DNA from: Vairimorpha necatrix
Lineage: Eukaryota
NCBI GenBank assembly: GCA_036630325.1
Contig: CP142732.1
Coordinates: 62,001-126,000, forward strand
Length of the DNA stretch: 64,000 bases
Reading direction: 5' to 3'
Position numbers and translations under genes: made by a program. This document shows, piece after piece, positions 49,857-63,329 of the stretch (its first letter is position 1; every line of letters begins with the position of its first letter). A model generated the notes under the pieces. It saw only the letters and a program-made list of their open reading frames with translations. It did no database searches and was not told the DNA's origin.

Positions 49857-50500
49857 GGCTCTATTTCATTTTCTTGCCCCTTATAAAAAACATTAATAAA
49901 AAGGTACAAAATCTTGTTATTTTTCAAATATAAACATTTTTTTTCCGAGGGAGTAAGATTGAAGTTGAGGTATTTTTTGTCGATTCGAAAATTTTAATTG
50001 CTTCCTCCAGATTCAACGAAAAGGGGTTTAAAAATTAAAATTTTGAAATCCGTTAATGTTGAATCTGAAGATGAATATTTGTGAAGATATGTACCTGAGA
50101 AACAATGAAGCAGCATTTGAAGAATTTTTTTAGATGCAAAGTAAATCTGGCTCTAAATGATTACTGAGGGTTTTATCCTATCCTTCAGTCTCTAAAAATT
50201 TTGGAAGCAAACACTAGATTGTAAAACACTCGCTTACTAATATAAACAGTGATGGAGGTAGCACTAATCATATAGAAGATTTGTGGTCTCATTTGAAGAA
50301 CGAATATAGATCAAGAAGTGGTTTAATTAGGCATAGCATTAATTTATTTCTAAAAGCAATTCACATAATAAAAAGAAATATCAAATATTCAATAATTATG
50401 ATAAAACTCTCTTTTATAAAAATTTTAGAACTTTGTATTTTAGATTCTGTAATAAATTTTTTAGGGGCGGAAGGTCGGTGCAAGAAAATGAAGTAGCGGC
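49857..50500 (+). mobile_element. Internally deleted Merlin element
   Basis: TIR GGCTCTATTTCATTTTCTTGC / GCAAGAAAATGAAGTAGCGGC; TSD ACGTGAAT/GCGTGAAT (7/8); TNHIEDLWSHLK motif. Confidence 0.78.
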
Positions 50501-50965
50501 GCGTGAATGATTTTTCATTGCTCGATAATCGTCCTTTTGACATAAAATATTTTAAAATTGTATAGAAAACCGAATAAATGTTTGTTTGCATTGATTTCGT
50601 TAATTTTATTTTTTTTTATTTTTTTTTAATTTTGCTGCCTCATTTTTTTAGGTCCGTAAAACAGAAGACACCTGTTTTTGTAATTTATTCAGATTGAAAG
50701 AACAAATGTTTTGTCAATTAAATTAGAATTTTTTTTTTGAATATTGAATTGATTAGAAAAATTCTCCAATAAATATACTTTTTTCTTCCTTATTTATTCT
50801 TGCCTCAGCAATACATGTATTATAAAATAGTTACCTCTATATAAAATTTTAAGTAAGAATGAAGGTAATTAACATTGTATTACATAAATTTTAGGTTTTT
50901 TAGCTTATTTTATAATTTCAAAATATTATTGTAAAAAGTATTGCAACGAATGTTAATTAATACTA

Positions 50966-51331
50966 CCGGGATTTACGGGTTATAAGATCCGATTCAAAAG
51001 TCGAATTTTACGACTTTTTAAATGGGAATTTTGCTACTAGTAAAAGAGATCCACCCCATACCAAAATGGTAAAAATTTTGATATAAAAAAGAAACTCTTT
51101 AAGTTTCATAGTGATCTGCAGCTCGAAAGCATTCGTATTATATTTCCATTGTTTTCATGCAATTTTTGTAATCCTTCTAATTTTTCTTTTATGTGTAAGA
51201 TCTTTTTTCATGGAAAAGTGTCAAAAAAATTTAAAAGGAATTTTAAATATTTTATATCAAAAGATAAGATCCACCCATAGGTAAGATCCATGGTCTTTTA
51301 TATATTGGATCTTATAACCCGGAACCCCCGG
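50966..51331. mobile_element. MITE-like element (366 bp)
   Basis: TIR CCGGGATTTACGGGTTATAAGATCC / GGATCTTATAACCCGGAACCCCCGG; TACTA on both flanks; no ORF. Confidence 0.75.
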
Positions 51332-51399
51332 TACTAATTTATTCTATCAAGCATTTGAATGCAAATAGGATTTTTAGATTTTGTTTCCATTCTGTCATA

Positions 51400-51900
51400 T
51401 AGTTTTTTATTTAAATTTACATCCATACCATGCTCTTTCGGTTCCCTATATTGCCAATGTTTCCTCAGGTCACTATTTTTTCTGTAGATCCGTGTAGTCT
51501 TCTCTAATTATAGATATCTACTGTAAAATCTTGTTGAATTTATAGACTCTATATACGCCCAATTTTAATATTGATTTAAATTCTTATTTTAAGTGATTCA
51601 AGATACTCTGATACAATACCACCTAAATTTATCAGATATGATGTTACTGTAGATTTAACTTCAGCAATAGAAACAGATCATTAATCAACTGTGCAGATTT
51701 CCTAAATGTTTGGCTTCGATCTGATGTGATGTTAGAAAGAGTGAATTAAACTTTAAACATTGAAATAATCTACGTTGTATTATCTTTCACAACCAAACTT
51801 GGCTTCTTAGTCTTTACTTTCGTTTCAAAATTCGCATTTTTATTGTCGTAAAAGCTCAAGAGCTCCTACATGTTTCACACGTTTGGTATTACTAACTATT
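51400..51900 (-). mobile_element. Very degenerate non-LTR retrotransposon 3' fragment
   Basis: Minus strand about 51600-51665 reads KSTVTSYLINLGGIVSEY, weakly like KIIPYVMTWDGIVT. Confidence 0.35.
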
Positions 51901-53042
51901 TTAATATTAAAAACTTATATTTTTTATTCCCAAGTAACATAGAAGAAAAGGACGAATTAAACGTTTTAATATCCACATAATATTTCTACATAAACCTTTA
52001 TATCAAATATTTAGTAAATGTCTAAATATATAAAAATTATAATTAAAATTAAATTTTATCAGTGCACATAAAAGGGAGCTTTTTATGAGAAAAGTGATTA
52101 TTATAATGTTTTAGCACATCGAACCGAAAGCGTCAAAATATAACGCTTTCTTTCTTTATACCACAAAATTAATATTTGTAAGTATTAAGAAAAAAAACAA
52201 CTTAATTTATCTTGTTTTTCAGTAAGGTGGGAATAATTCATTATATACAGGTTTATTTTTTATTTTTTTTTTTTCCGAACAAGATATATGTTTAAGATTT
52301 TTTAGACTTTTTTTGACTAGTAAATGTTTTTCGTAATAGAATTTTATTTGTGTATGAGTTTTCAAAGTTAAAGACTAAATTTCATATAGGTTCGCCAAAG
52401 TATTAGATTTTGTAATAATGGAGATTATGTCTACACACCTTAAGCAGCCTACAATTTTACAAAATATGCAAAAATCTGTATTTTAAACAATCCAAATAAT
52501 AGAAATCTTTAAACATTAAACCTCTTATAAGATTTTTACAGTTTAATTTTTTACAATGAATCATACTCATACTGATTGTTAAGAGTACTATTACTTTATA
52601 TAAATAATATAAAACACTGAGTTTTTATTTCATGGAAGAATTATTTCTTTGTTGATTCTCGAATTCTAAACTTTTGAATTTAATTTTTTGCAATAAAAAA
52701 TAAAAAAAGAACACGTTTATTTTTGGTTATTTGGTTCAATCAACCAATAATTTATTATCCATTGATGAATATAATTATATTTTTTGTTTTTTATTTTCTT
52801 AATGGCCATTTTAAAAGCATGGCAAATGTGTAACAACGGAATTTCATACATCTGAATTTTGATTTTTATTGATAGATTTATTTTAATATAAAAATTTAAA
52901 TTAAAATTCCCAGGATTGATTTTTTTTTATTTACTAATATAGATTACATTAAAAACTCTTATGTATGCTGAATTTTATACTCATATAATTTTATTAATTA
53001 AATAATTTTTCTATAAATAAAAAAACATTTATACCCCGCAAG

Positions 53043-53855
53043 ATGTATTTTATAATAGAAATTATCATTTTAAATATACGATTGTCAATATCTGGAACTA
53101 TAATCGAAGAAAAAAGGAATAATTTAGAAAAATGTATGGAAATACAAAAAAAATATAATCCCGAAGCAAGCAACGTTTATAAATATAATTTTATTTCTCA
53201 TGATATTTCAAGTGTCATACTTAATTCTGTTTTGGAAAAAATGCAATTCCCATTAGAAATACTCGAGTCGACAGAGAATTCTAATGAGACAAAATACGTA
53301 ATAGTCAAAAAAGATCTTACTTTAGGAATATATTATTATGGATTAATTAAAGGAATCGACCTTTCAACAATTTATGATATGGAACGCAAATATATACTTG
53401 TGAACAAATTAATGAAGGATATTATATCACAAACTATACTATTATATCAAACTTTGTTGTGTATTCGTTTCAACGCAGGTTTCCTTGACCTTAGAAAAAC
53501 AAAACTTATTATTGATAAATATGTTGATGTTAAAGTGGATACGAAAAAAATTGTCATTGAACATGTTTTTATAGAAGGGGGTCTTAAATATATTATTGAT
53601 GATATATATAAAAACATTTCCTTTCGAGAAATTAACACTAGTATTATGGAAGAAAAACATAAAGGCGAGGAACAAGAGAAAATTAATAAGTTTGTAAATG
53701 AAAGTGTCAGCGGCCTTAAAGATGTTATAAATAAACACCAACAAGCTAGTCCAAACTTGGATGAGAATTTGATGAATTCATGCATGACAATGAATTATAA
53801 TTCAGTGACAGCTAGTATGCTAAGTTTTATCCCATTGTTTGCAATTCGTCAGTGA
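53043..53855 (+). CDS. Hypothetical protein, 270 aa, probable signal peptide and hydrophobic C-terminal tail; paralog of 30009-31431
   Basis: Intact ORF; TACCCCGCAAGATG start; shared blocks VLEK(M/I)(Q/K)FP, LL(Y/F)QTLLCI, LK(Y/R)IIDDIY. Confidence 0.85.
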   Translation: MYFIIEIIILNIRLSISGTIIEEKRNNLEKCMEIQKKYNPEASNVYKYNFISHDISSVILNSVLEKMQFPLEILESTENSNETKYVIVKKDLTLGIYYYGLIKGIDLSTIYDMERKYILVNKLMKDIISQTILLYQTLLCIRFNAGFLDLRKTKLIIDKYVDVKVDTKKIVIEHVFIEGGLKYIIDDIYKNISFREINTSIMEEKHKGEEQEKINKFVNESVSGLKDVINKHQQASPNLDENLMNSCMTMNYNSVTASMLSFIPLFAIRQ

Positions 53856-54304
53856 GTATTAATTTATTTTTGAATTGATTAAATTTATTGTATATTCTTA
53901 AAATCATTATATAAACACGTTTTTTTGTTTTTTATTTCTTTTAATTAATTTGTAAAAAAAATTTTATTTTACATGAATCATAAAGGAAAATATATGCCTC
54001 AAAACATAATTAGTTCAAATAGAGACTTTAAAGAGTAGTTAACGACATATATTGCATCATTGGAATTTAATGATAAGATTCTTAAGTATATGCATAAGAT
54101 AAAGGTTGCGATCTAGTCGATCTTTACATGTAATTAAAGATGAGATGTATTATGTCCTTTTAATAATAAGTTCTTCTTCTAATTCACAAAAAAAGCTTTA
54201 CCAGCGAGGGAGCTGGTAGCGGAGGAAGATTTGCTTTTACAAAAAGATTGTTTATTGGGCATAATATTTTGGGGGTTATCCTTAAATACTTTTGTTTGTT
54301 TATT

Positions 54305-54690
54305 TGCAGCAGTAGAAACAGAAAAGAAACATAAATACGACTTGCTCGCAAATCATGTGGCTTCTCTCTACAAATACAGGCCGAAAATTATTCCTTATGT
54401 GATGACGTGGGATGGAATAGTAACTAATTTTCACCGTACGCATATCGAAATGCTCAGATTAGAACCGAGAACGGAAGCATATATACAGTAAGAGTCCTTA
54501 AAATGACTTTAGAAAGCCTAACTATGTCAGCCAGACATGGGCTTGATACAGATCAGGAAGGGGTCTTCGAGAGCCCAATGAGTGAATCTCAGAAGGAAGT
54601 CCTGGAACGCCAGATGAGACTGTAAGCGTATCTTGTGAAAAGTAATTAATAAGCCGAATATTATACCCAAATAAATTAAATTTATTTGTT
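54305..54690 (+). mobile_element. 5'-truncated R4/Dong-like non-LTR retrotransposon end
   Basis: VETEKKHKYDLLANH..KIIPYVMTWDGIVT..EAYIQ; the 3' tail is repeated at 62025-62240. Confidence 0.8.
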
Positions 54691-55232
54691 TATTTGCATG
54701 ACAAGCGATAAAAGTAAAGAAACAAACAATAATGTTAGGGAAGTCACTTAAGCCTTATAACAAACGGATTTGATATATCCGGTAACAAAAAAACATTACA
54801 ACTTTGTCTTGAGACGCAAGTGTTCAAAATTATTGACGTCTTCTTTTTTAGCAAATTTCGTAACTTTGTTGGTTGTTAGCTTCTATGAGGAATTATAATA
54901 ATGGTTAAAGCTAAGATCATTACCGTAATAAATTTTTATATTTTATTAATTCTGAAAAAGTATTATACGCTCAATTAAATATAAATTTCATTATATGGTC
55001 GCATGGAACATGTTGTTTACTACTTATCACTATTACAGTTTAGTACACCTTTATTTTTGCTAAAAAGGACGTTTTGATGTGTGCACAGAAATAAGGAAAT
55101 TTTTTAATAAATATAGAGACCCGCTTTTTTGTTGTGACATAAATCAATAATCATATGCTTGATTTTGAAGTATACTATCTAGAATAAAGAATCATCTCAT
55201 AACTCATGAAAAAAGGTTTTTTCATTAGTTGA

Positions 55233-58200
55233 TGTTATATATTCTTATATTTTTGATCCCCAATTATGATAAATAAATACATGGGGGCGATACCGAATCG
55301 TGAGTTAACAAGTGTTGGCTGTGGTCAAGAGGCCAGAAGGTTATAGAAGAGTTTAAGAGGATTGTTTATGGATTAGTATTGTCTGATTATGATTTTGAGA
55401 AGAATGTAAAGAAGGAGATTTTTGGTCTTGGAACTGATGAGTTAAAAGAATTTATGGTTAAGAATATTAAGGTTGGAGATCATTGGAAAGTTATGGAAAC
55501 CAAATTAGAGGAATTGGTTAAAGTACAGGAGGAAAAGGATATGAGATTACGGATGATTGAGGAGGTCATAAAGATGGTGGCAGAGGAGATTAGAAATATT
55601 AGTAGAGAGGAAAGAATATTTGAGAAGAGAAGAACAATGAGATGTTATAATTGTTCAAGAATGGGACATAAGAGTCACATGTGTTATTATAGATATAGAA
55701 ATGTTAAGAATAAAGACGAATGTGAGAGTATTAAAGAAGAAGGTAGCAGTAGCTGTGGTGAAAGGACTTATAGGAACACATGGGATGCTAAAAGACAAAA
55801 GAAACAAGAATGGAAGACAAGAAATAAAAGATGTTATGATGAGGTAGAAAAGAACGGTCTAACATTAGAAGACATGAGAAAGAGGTTTAGGAACGTTATA
55901 ACAACGAAGAAGAGAAAATAAGATATTGTAAAATTGAAAAATGCAGAATCAGAACTGAAGAAGGTAAGAAAGTTGTAAGGAAAGGTCAGCAGGTGCCACA
56001 AGCGCATAAAGAAGAGCTGAGAAAATATATTCAGAGGTTAGAGACAAGGAATGTCATAAGAAGATCGACGTCGGAATGGAGAAATCCGATTAAAGCTTTA
56101 ATTAAGCCAGATGGAAGTATAAGACTGGTTAGCAATCTCATGGCATTAAATGATTTAGTGGAGAAAGACCCTTATGAATTAGTGAACATTAGGGATATCA
56201 TAAGGAACACGCAAGGATCGAAGTTTTTCAGTGTTATAGGCCTTAAAGAGGCTTTTTATGGAATCGAAATAGAAGAGCAAGACAAGCATAAGACTGCATT
56301 TGAGTATGATAAGATAGTATATGAATGGAATAGTATGGTCATGGGGTTTAAAAACTCGCCTCAGATCATGCAGAGAATTATGAATAAAATTTTTGAAAAA
56401 CATTTGGGTGGTAAAATAGAAGTATACATGGATGATATAGTGATTCATGCGAAGACTAGAAAAGAACATGATAACTTATTTGTAGAAGCGATGAAATTGT
56501 TAGAACGGAATAATATGCGGATAAATTCAAGGAAAATTCAGTATTGCCAAAAGGAAGTCAAGTTATTGGGGGTTACATAAACGGAGATGATATGATGCCG
56601 TCTGAAATCAAGAAAAATTAAGCACTAGAGTTTCCAACGCCGCAGAATGTGTCTGACATAAGAAGATTTTTTTGACTGAGTGGATGGTTTCGAGGATTTA
56701 TTAAGAATTATGCGGAGAAGACATTATATATGACTGAAAGTTTGAAAGGTAAAAGTAAAGAATTGAATTGGACTGATGACTTAAATAAAGAGTTCGAAAA
56801 TATCAAGGAAACGTTAAGAAGTATGAGTAAGTTGAAAATTGTAAACTATGACAAGGAATTTTTATTAAGAACTGACGCGAGCAATATAGGAATGGGCGCA
56901 ATACTCATGCAGAAGAATGATAAAGAAGAGTGGGTGCCAGTACAATGGGCATCGAAGAAATTCACCCCGACGGAAACTAAATATGGTATAAGTGAAAAGG
57001 AAATGTATGCCATATATTGGGGAATAAAGAAATTTGAGTATGAGTTAAGAGGACGAAAATTTAAAGTAGAAACGGATCACAAAGCATTGGCGGAAATAAG
57101 AAGAAAGCCGTGTTTTAATAATAATAGAATTAATCGATGGATTGAAAGATCCAAGAATTTGACTTTGAAATAGATTACAGGAAACCAGAACATATGGTCG
57201 TGGCGGATGCTTTGAGTAGGATACACGAGGAGGTTGATCCAAGAAAAGAAATGATAAAAAAAAGAAGTGAGCGTAAAATTGAAGGTAAATGGTTGAAGCA
57301 CGTCGAGACGATAGACGGTAAAGAATAGTGGAATTTTGATTCGGGGAGGAAAGCATTGATTCCTAAAATAAAAGAAAGAGATGAGCTTATGAGACGTTAT
57401 CATGAAGAGCATGGACACAGAGGACTAGGAAGCATGTATTATGCCATGAAGTTTGATTATTATTGGCCAGGAATAAAAGAAGATATAGTGAAAATGATAA
57501 AAAGATGCGAGGAGTGTCAAATTTACAATAGGAAAAAGATTGGAGGATGTGATTTTGTTGCTACAAGCAGGTATTTAGAAAAAGTAGCGTTAGATTTAAT
57601 TGATTTTAGAGATAAGGGCAAATATGTATTAGTTGCGATAGATTACCATACGAGGATAGCGTGGGGATGTGTATTATACGATAAGAAGAGATCCTCTGTG
57701 GCCCAGTTTATTGAGAACTTATGTAGAAATGGCAGGAGGCCGAAGGAAATAATAACGGATAATGGAAAGGAATTAGATAATGTTGACTTTAAGGATTTGT
57801 GTAGAAAATTGGATATTACCCATAATAAGGTGAGTGTCGAGTCTCATAGAAGCAATGGTAGAGTTGAAAGAGTTATAGGAACGCTTAGAGATCTAATATT
57901 GAAAATGAGTAAAGAGACGGCGAGTTTTGAAGACATAGTGATGGAAAGCTTTAAAATTTATAATAATAGTTACCATGAAGGTATAAGAAGTACTCCCAAT
58001 GAAGCGGTAAAAGACAATACGGGAAAAGTGATGATATTAAATGGACCAGAAGGAGACTACAGTAAAAGATTTGTTAGAAGATATAGAGAGCGGTTTATTG
58101 AAGGACAACGAGTAAGGATAGCTAAGAAAGAAAACATCAAAGGATGTAATAAATATGAAAAGGGAAGGTTTTTAGACGAAGGTATTATAATGGCGATATG

Positions 58201-58372
58201 CCCTGGGGACTCGTATGTTGTGAAGCTATCTAATGGGCGATATGTTAAAAAGAGACATTATGACTTGAAAAATCTGCTTGGGGTTAATGGTGATGTATAA
58301 GACTAACCGTCTTGGAGGGGGGATGTTATATATTCTTATATTTTTGATCCCCAATTATGATAAATAAATACA
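55233..58372 (+). mobile_element. Ty3/Gypsy element F, 3140 bp, disrupted gag-pol
   Basis: Identical 49-bp LTRs 55233-55281 and 58324-58372; perfect TSD GTTGA; PBS TGGGGGCGATACCG (tRNA-Pro-like); PPT GGAGGGGGGA. Confidence 0.96.
55266..58300 (+). pseudogene. gag-pol of element F with several stops and frameshifts
   Basis: Starts MINKYMGAIPNR inside the LTR; CYNCSRMGHKSHMC; YMDD; TDAS; HHCC and DDE integrase; no protease motif seen. Confidence 0.88.
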
Positions 58373-58486
58373 GTTGATATTTATTTTCAAAATTAATAAG
58401 CCCCAAATTTTCATGAAGGACAACAATAAATGTATTGACACAAATGATGATAGAAAAATATTAAACGTGTGTTTTTTATATAATAT

Positions 58487-58741
58487 TGGCGTGCTGCACA
58501 GGGATGCGGCTTGTTCTAAAGTAATATTCTAAAGAACTAAATGTTTGCCCGTCTGTCCCTGGCAGGCTTTAAATTGTTTATTGTAATTATTTTTATTTAG
58601 TTGTTTCTCCTTGGATTCCATTTCCTTTTTTGTTGTGGGGTTTAAAATAAAAAATTTTAAAAATAAGAAGGAGGGAAAATAATTAAAATTGTAAAATTCA
58701 TCCTATAAGAAATAGAGATGTTATGTGGGCATAATACCACA
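58487..58741 (-). repeat. Solo LTR (255 bp), hairpin/Gag-in-LTR type
   Basis: Perfect TSD AATAT (58482-58486, 58742-58746); starts TGTGGTATTATGCCCACA and ends CACGCCA; CCCCACAACAAAAAAGGAAATG start; frameshifted peptide SSLEYYFRTSRIPVQHA. Confidence 0.85.
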
Positions 58742-58790
58742 AATATGTACAAAACTGATTTTATATAAATAAAATATAAAAACACAAAAA

Positions 58791-61095
58791 TTAAGCACTA
58801 ATTAATTTTATCTTTTTAGATTGTTCTTTTAATTCGTCCATTATTGAATCAAATAATTTTACATTACCATTTATAATTTCAAAGATTTTTTTTTTGCCCA
58901 AGAGCTTATTAAGTGATTGTAAAATATTACTACATTTTTGCTGCACACATTTATCATCACTGAATTCACTTTTAAATTTATCAAGTATAGCTCGATATAA
59001 ATATGCTCTACTATATTTTTTTATAATCTCATTTTTGCTCTTTCCTAAATCCTGTATTACTTCTTCTATCAATTTCTTTTTGTAATATTTTATAAGATTT
59101 GTATCTATATTCTTAGAGCGTAGTTTCGATTCATTGTCAATAAAATATTTATCAACAATGGTTGTTATTTCACTTCGTATTTTCTTTTTTTCTTTCTCAA
59201 CATATTCACTATTTAAATAATTATATTGAATTTTAAATTGATATTGTTCTATATTTATTTCTAATCGAGATAATGGACATATTTGTAGTAGATGATTAGC
59301 GTCTTCTTGAAGTTTTGCATCATCCCTAGTATTCTTCATTAATTTTTTCCTTATAATTCTATTTCTTTCATCAATCTTACCTCTGTCAAGATTTGAACAT
59401 TCACATATTTCGTCCTTTTTAATCTTGTAGTTTTTTTCCATTGAGTGATTATAAATATAAACAGAACTTAATCCAGTAAATAATGCAGATATACTAGAGA
59501 TATTTTTTTGAGCTAATTTCTCTTGATTACAACTTATATAATTGTATGTACTATGTATTAGTCTAAAAACCTTAAGTAAATCTATATCTTTTTTCGAAAT
59601 ACTTCCATAGAAACTGCTATTATCATTTGATGCATTCGATTTTCTAAAAAAAAGATTACTGAAAAAATTATAAATTCTTGTGCCAATCGATTCGTCTTGC
59701 ACTTCATTTTCTTTTATTCTTGTCAAAAACATATTCCCAATATCTTTTAATAATTTAAATATTGTATTTTCCTCTAAATCATTTTCATTAATATATTTTT
59801 CTGCTTCTAGTACCAAGCAAAAAATTATTAAACTTAATTTTCTAGTGTACAAACAAGCATGAATTTTAGTTGTCAAATTCTTAGTTAGTTGTTTCTTAAT
59901 CTGTTCACTACATTGTTGGCTTCCAACTATGAAGTTTAAAGTATTTTTATCTATTGTTTTATTTAACAACAAAAGATATGCAAATATAAATTTTAACGCT
60001 GTTTCTGGATAGTTTAAAATTTTTTCAATCAAAAATTCGATTTTGTCTTGTTTTTTTAGTATAATGTAAAACAACTTGATTCCAGTTATATATGTAGGCT
60101 TATTCGCTCTGATAAAGATTGCTTGACAATCCTCAAAAAAGTTCTTATCAACAAATATGTTTTTATCATAATTGCTTGAATTCCCTTCTATGTAGTATAT
60201 ATCTTCCATAGAATTAATCTTAATATGTATTTTTCCATTTTTTTTCTCAACTGTAAACCTCTCAGTAACATCAAATATTTCAATTTTTAGACGTGTGCGT
60301 TTTATTTCTAATGTATCTTTAGGTAAAACAAAAAAGATCAATATCAATATAAGGTAACCTGCTTATATCAAAAAGATTCTTAAATAGTTGCTGTTCATTT
60401 TCTTTAGAACCAACAAGGTTCCTATCGATCAAATAATATATTTCATCAATGCATAATTCAAAAAAATAGCGAAAGTTATATATGTCGATACGCAAACCTA
60501 TATGATACTCAACTTCATTCCGAGTTTTATAATAATGAATTGATGACTGTATTATTTCTGGGAAATATTCATAGAGTTGTCGTTTCATTTTCCAAATAAA
60601 ATTTTGAAAACAATTATCACTAGAAGAAAAATTTTCATAGCAAATTTCTATTTGTTTTATTCCTCTTTTTCTTTTGAGATTTACAATTTTGTATTGTTTT
60701 ACTAACTCCTTTATTATAGGATATCTTATATATTCTTTAGCATCATAAATAAATACGATTGAATATTTACTTGTGTTTCTTAACTTTTGTTCTATATTCT
60801 CCTCAATTTGTTGGATAATAGCATCAATGGTTTTGTTTTCATATTCAATTTCAAAATCTTGTAAATTCTTATTTGTAAAGGCATCCCCGCATTGTTCCGT
60901 AATAAGAAAATTTATTATTTTATCACAATCGAAATGACGTGCAATAATATTCATTAAAATGCAACGTCCAGAAGTATTGTAATACTCATAATCTCTCTCT
61001 TCTACTTTTTTTATAATTTTATTAAAAAAAATTTCGTGCATATTTTGATCTGCTTGCATAAATAAAATCGTCGTAATTAAATGCAAGATTTTCAT
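58791..61095 (-). pseudogene. Paralog of the 735-aa protein, split by one frameshift at about 60320-60347
   Basis: Both ORFs align colinearly with 8785-10992 (RID..FFEL.I, EF.I.K.LN, L.LE.E.YINE.D, FEIIN); ACCCCATTATG start and signal peptide. The break lies near homopolymer runs, so it may be a sequencing error. Confidence 0.8.
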
Positions 61096-62024
61096 AATGG
61101 GGTAGATAAAAGTTTATTTTTTACAAAAACGAATATTCTCTTTTAAAAAAAATTCAATTTTATCAAATTTACGAAATTATCTAACAGAATTCTGATGATT
61201 GATATTTTTATCAATTACACATAAACATTGCATAACTCGGTAGTAACTTTGATTTATACTAAAAAGTAGAAGTTTTTGATTTTGATATTTTTTTGAACTA
61301 GATGCTGACGGGTTTTATGGAATTATGCTTGTAGCAAAGAAGTATCAAATGGTGCTTTGGGCTGACTATCGTAAATATTTGTTGTAGTTTTTAGATGAAT
61401 AAAAAAGTCTGCTGGTTTAGGATGGAGCGCGGATGATTTAGATTAGAACTGATGAGCAGACTTTTGAACTGAAAGTCACGAAATTTTGTTTATGATATTT
61501 GCTTATGTGCAAGAAATAATTAAAACGAGCATAAAAATGAGATTTAGAAAATTTTGTCTGTGCATCTTTAACTTTTACTCAAATACATAAGTTTCTTGGT
61601 TATTTTCTTAATATAAGTCTTGTAACTCTAGTTAACAATCATTGCTCCTTATCATATATCAAACTGTTTCATCACAAGCTGATCAAATCCAAAATAATTA
61701 TCACAAACTATTGTTTTAACACAAATATAAAAAGAAAAGTTATTCAATACACCTAAAGTTTCCTTCAGACTCATCTACTCTTTTCAGCAACTAGTATTCA
61801 TAATTTTATCACAATGATGTTTTATTGTGTTTTTATGTTTCCAAGAATATAAATTCGAGGAACATCGGACCGAGAACTAACAAGAAATAAATTTGCAGAT
61901 AAATCATTTGTTACTGAAAAATGTAATTCAAAAAAGGACAGCAAACATGGAACATTATTTTTCAAATATTTTATTGTTAAAAATAAAAAGTATGATTTTT
62001 TTAAGAGCTCCGATTAGAACCAAA

Positions 62025-62240
62025 ACTGCAGCATATATACAGCAAGAGTCCTTAAAATGACTTTAGAAAAACTAAAAATATCAGACATGGGCTTGATACT
62101 GATTAGGAAGAGGTATTTTAGAGTCCGTTGTGTGGGTTTCAAAAGGGAAACGGGGAACTGTCCATGAGACTGTTAGCATATCTTGTGAAAAGTAATTATT
62201 AGTTAAGATATTATATTATACTCAAATAAAGTAGTTTATC
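62025..62240 (+). mobile_element. Short 3' tail copy of the non-LTR element at 54305-54690
   Basis: Shared AAGAGTCCTTAAAATGACTTTAGAAA, CAGACATGGGCTTGATAC and TATCTTGTGAAAAGTAATTA. Confidence 0.75.
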
Positions 62241-63329
62241 ATTAAATTTCTTTTTTTTGAATATAATTTTTTTTTTTCAAACTTGCATTAAATATAGGTT
62301 AAAGGGGATTTGAAAATTTTTATTTATATTTAACATACTGAGAACATTAGATGATGTGATTAACTTGGTTATTATATAGCAGTATTATTTTCAGCCTTTA
62401 TTGTACTTAATCGGAGGTACGTCTCAATGAGATCGGTGATGATTCGGAAATATAAGATTATTTATTTGATAGTTTAATTCGTCGTATGCTCATGCATTTG
62501 AGGCCCTTCCCTTTTACAATATTAGAAGCTTGTTTGTAAACAAACAACATCTAGTTTCTGACAAGACATCGAAGAAAACTTAGACTCTTGCTTAATCGTA
62601 CATGCACATTGTGATCGGATGCACTACGAATAAGCAATATTATAATGTTCAATCTGATTAATCAAATCATCAGACTCTTATAAAACATTCATACAGTAGA
62701 ATTTTTAGCTACTTCAATTTTTTTTTGCTAGTTATTTATCAAATGGATGCTTTTTCATAGTTTCTTTTAAAATACACAAAATATATTAAATATATACAAA
62801 ACTAAAAAATTTGTAGATACTTTGATGTTTAGAATAGTATTTTGATATTTTTCACCTTTAGATTTAGAATCCGTTTTTAAGAATATAAAAAAAAACCAAT
62901 GGCTTTATCTCTTCGAGCTTTTTTGATCAGCCAAATTTAAGTCGTTAACATAGATATCATTTAAATGCTATACGAGAGATAATACATCATATATTAAATA
63001 TTAGCATACATAGCTCAAGGTTATTACAAGAACTATATATATTTGAGAAAAAATATCTTTAATTTTTTTAAAAAATAGGAAATAATCTCTTGAGGAATCA
63101 ATCCCGACCCTCGAAATTCCAGATACAACGGATTTGATTTTCTTATAAGTATAGGCGTGGAAATTAATCAATAATTAATATGTCTTCAATGTTTTTTTTA
63201 AATTATATGACTATTTGGTAATAGCTACTTTGAATTTATATCCTCTTTAGGACATGTCCTTTAATTTGTTGTAACAAAATCTATCAAAGCAAGCTACTTT
63301 TAATGTGTATTATCAGCTACTATAAAATT

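Noticed and set aside
55233-58372. Identical LTRs despite many ORF disruptions as a sign of mobilisation in trans
   Set aside because: 49 bp is too short to date the insertion, and several breaks are near homopolymers and could be sequencing errors. The same applies to element C.
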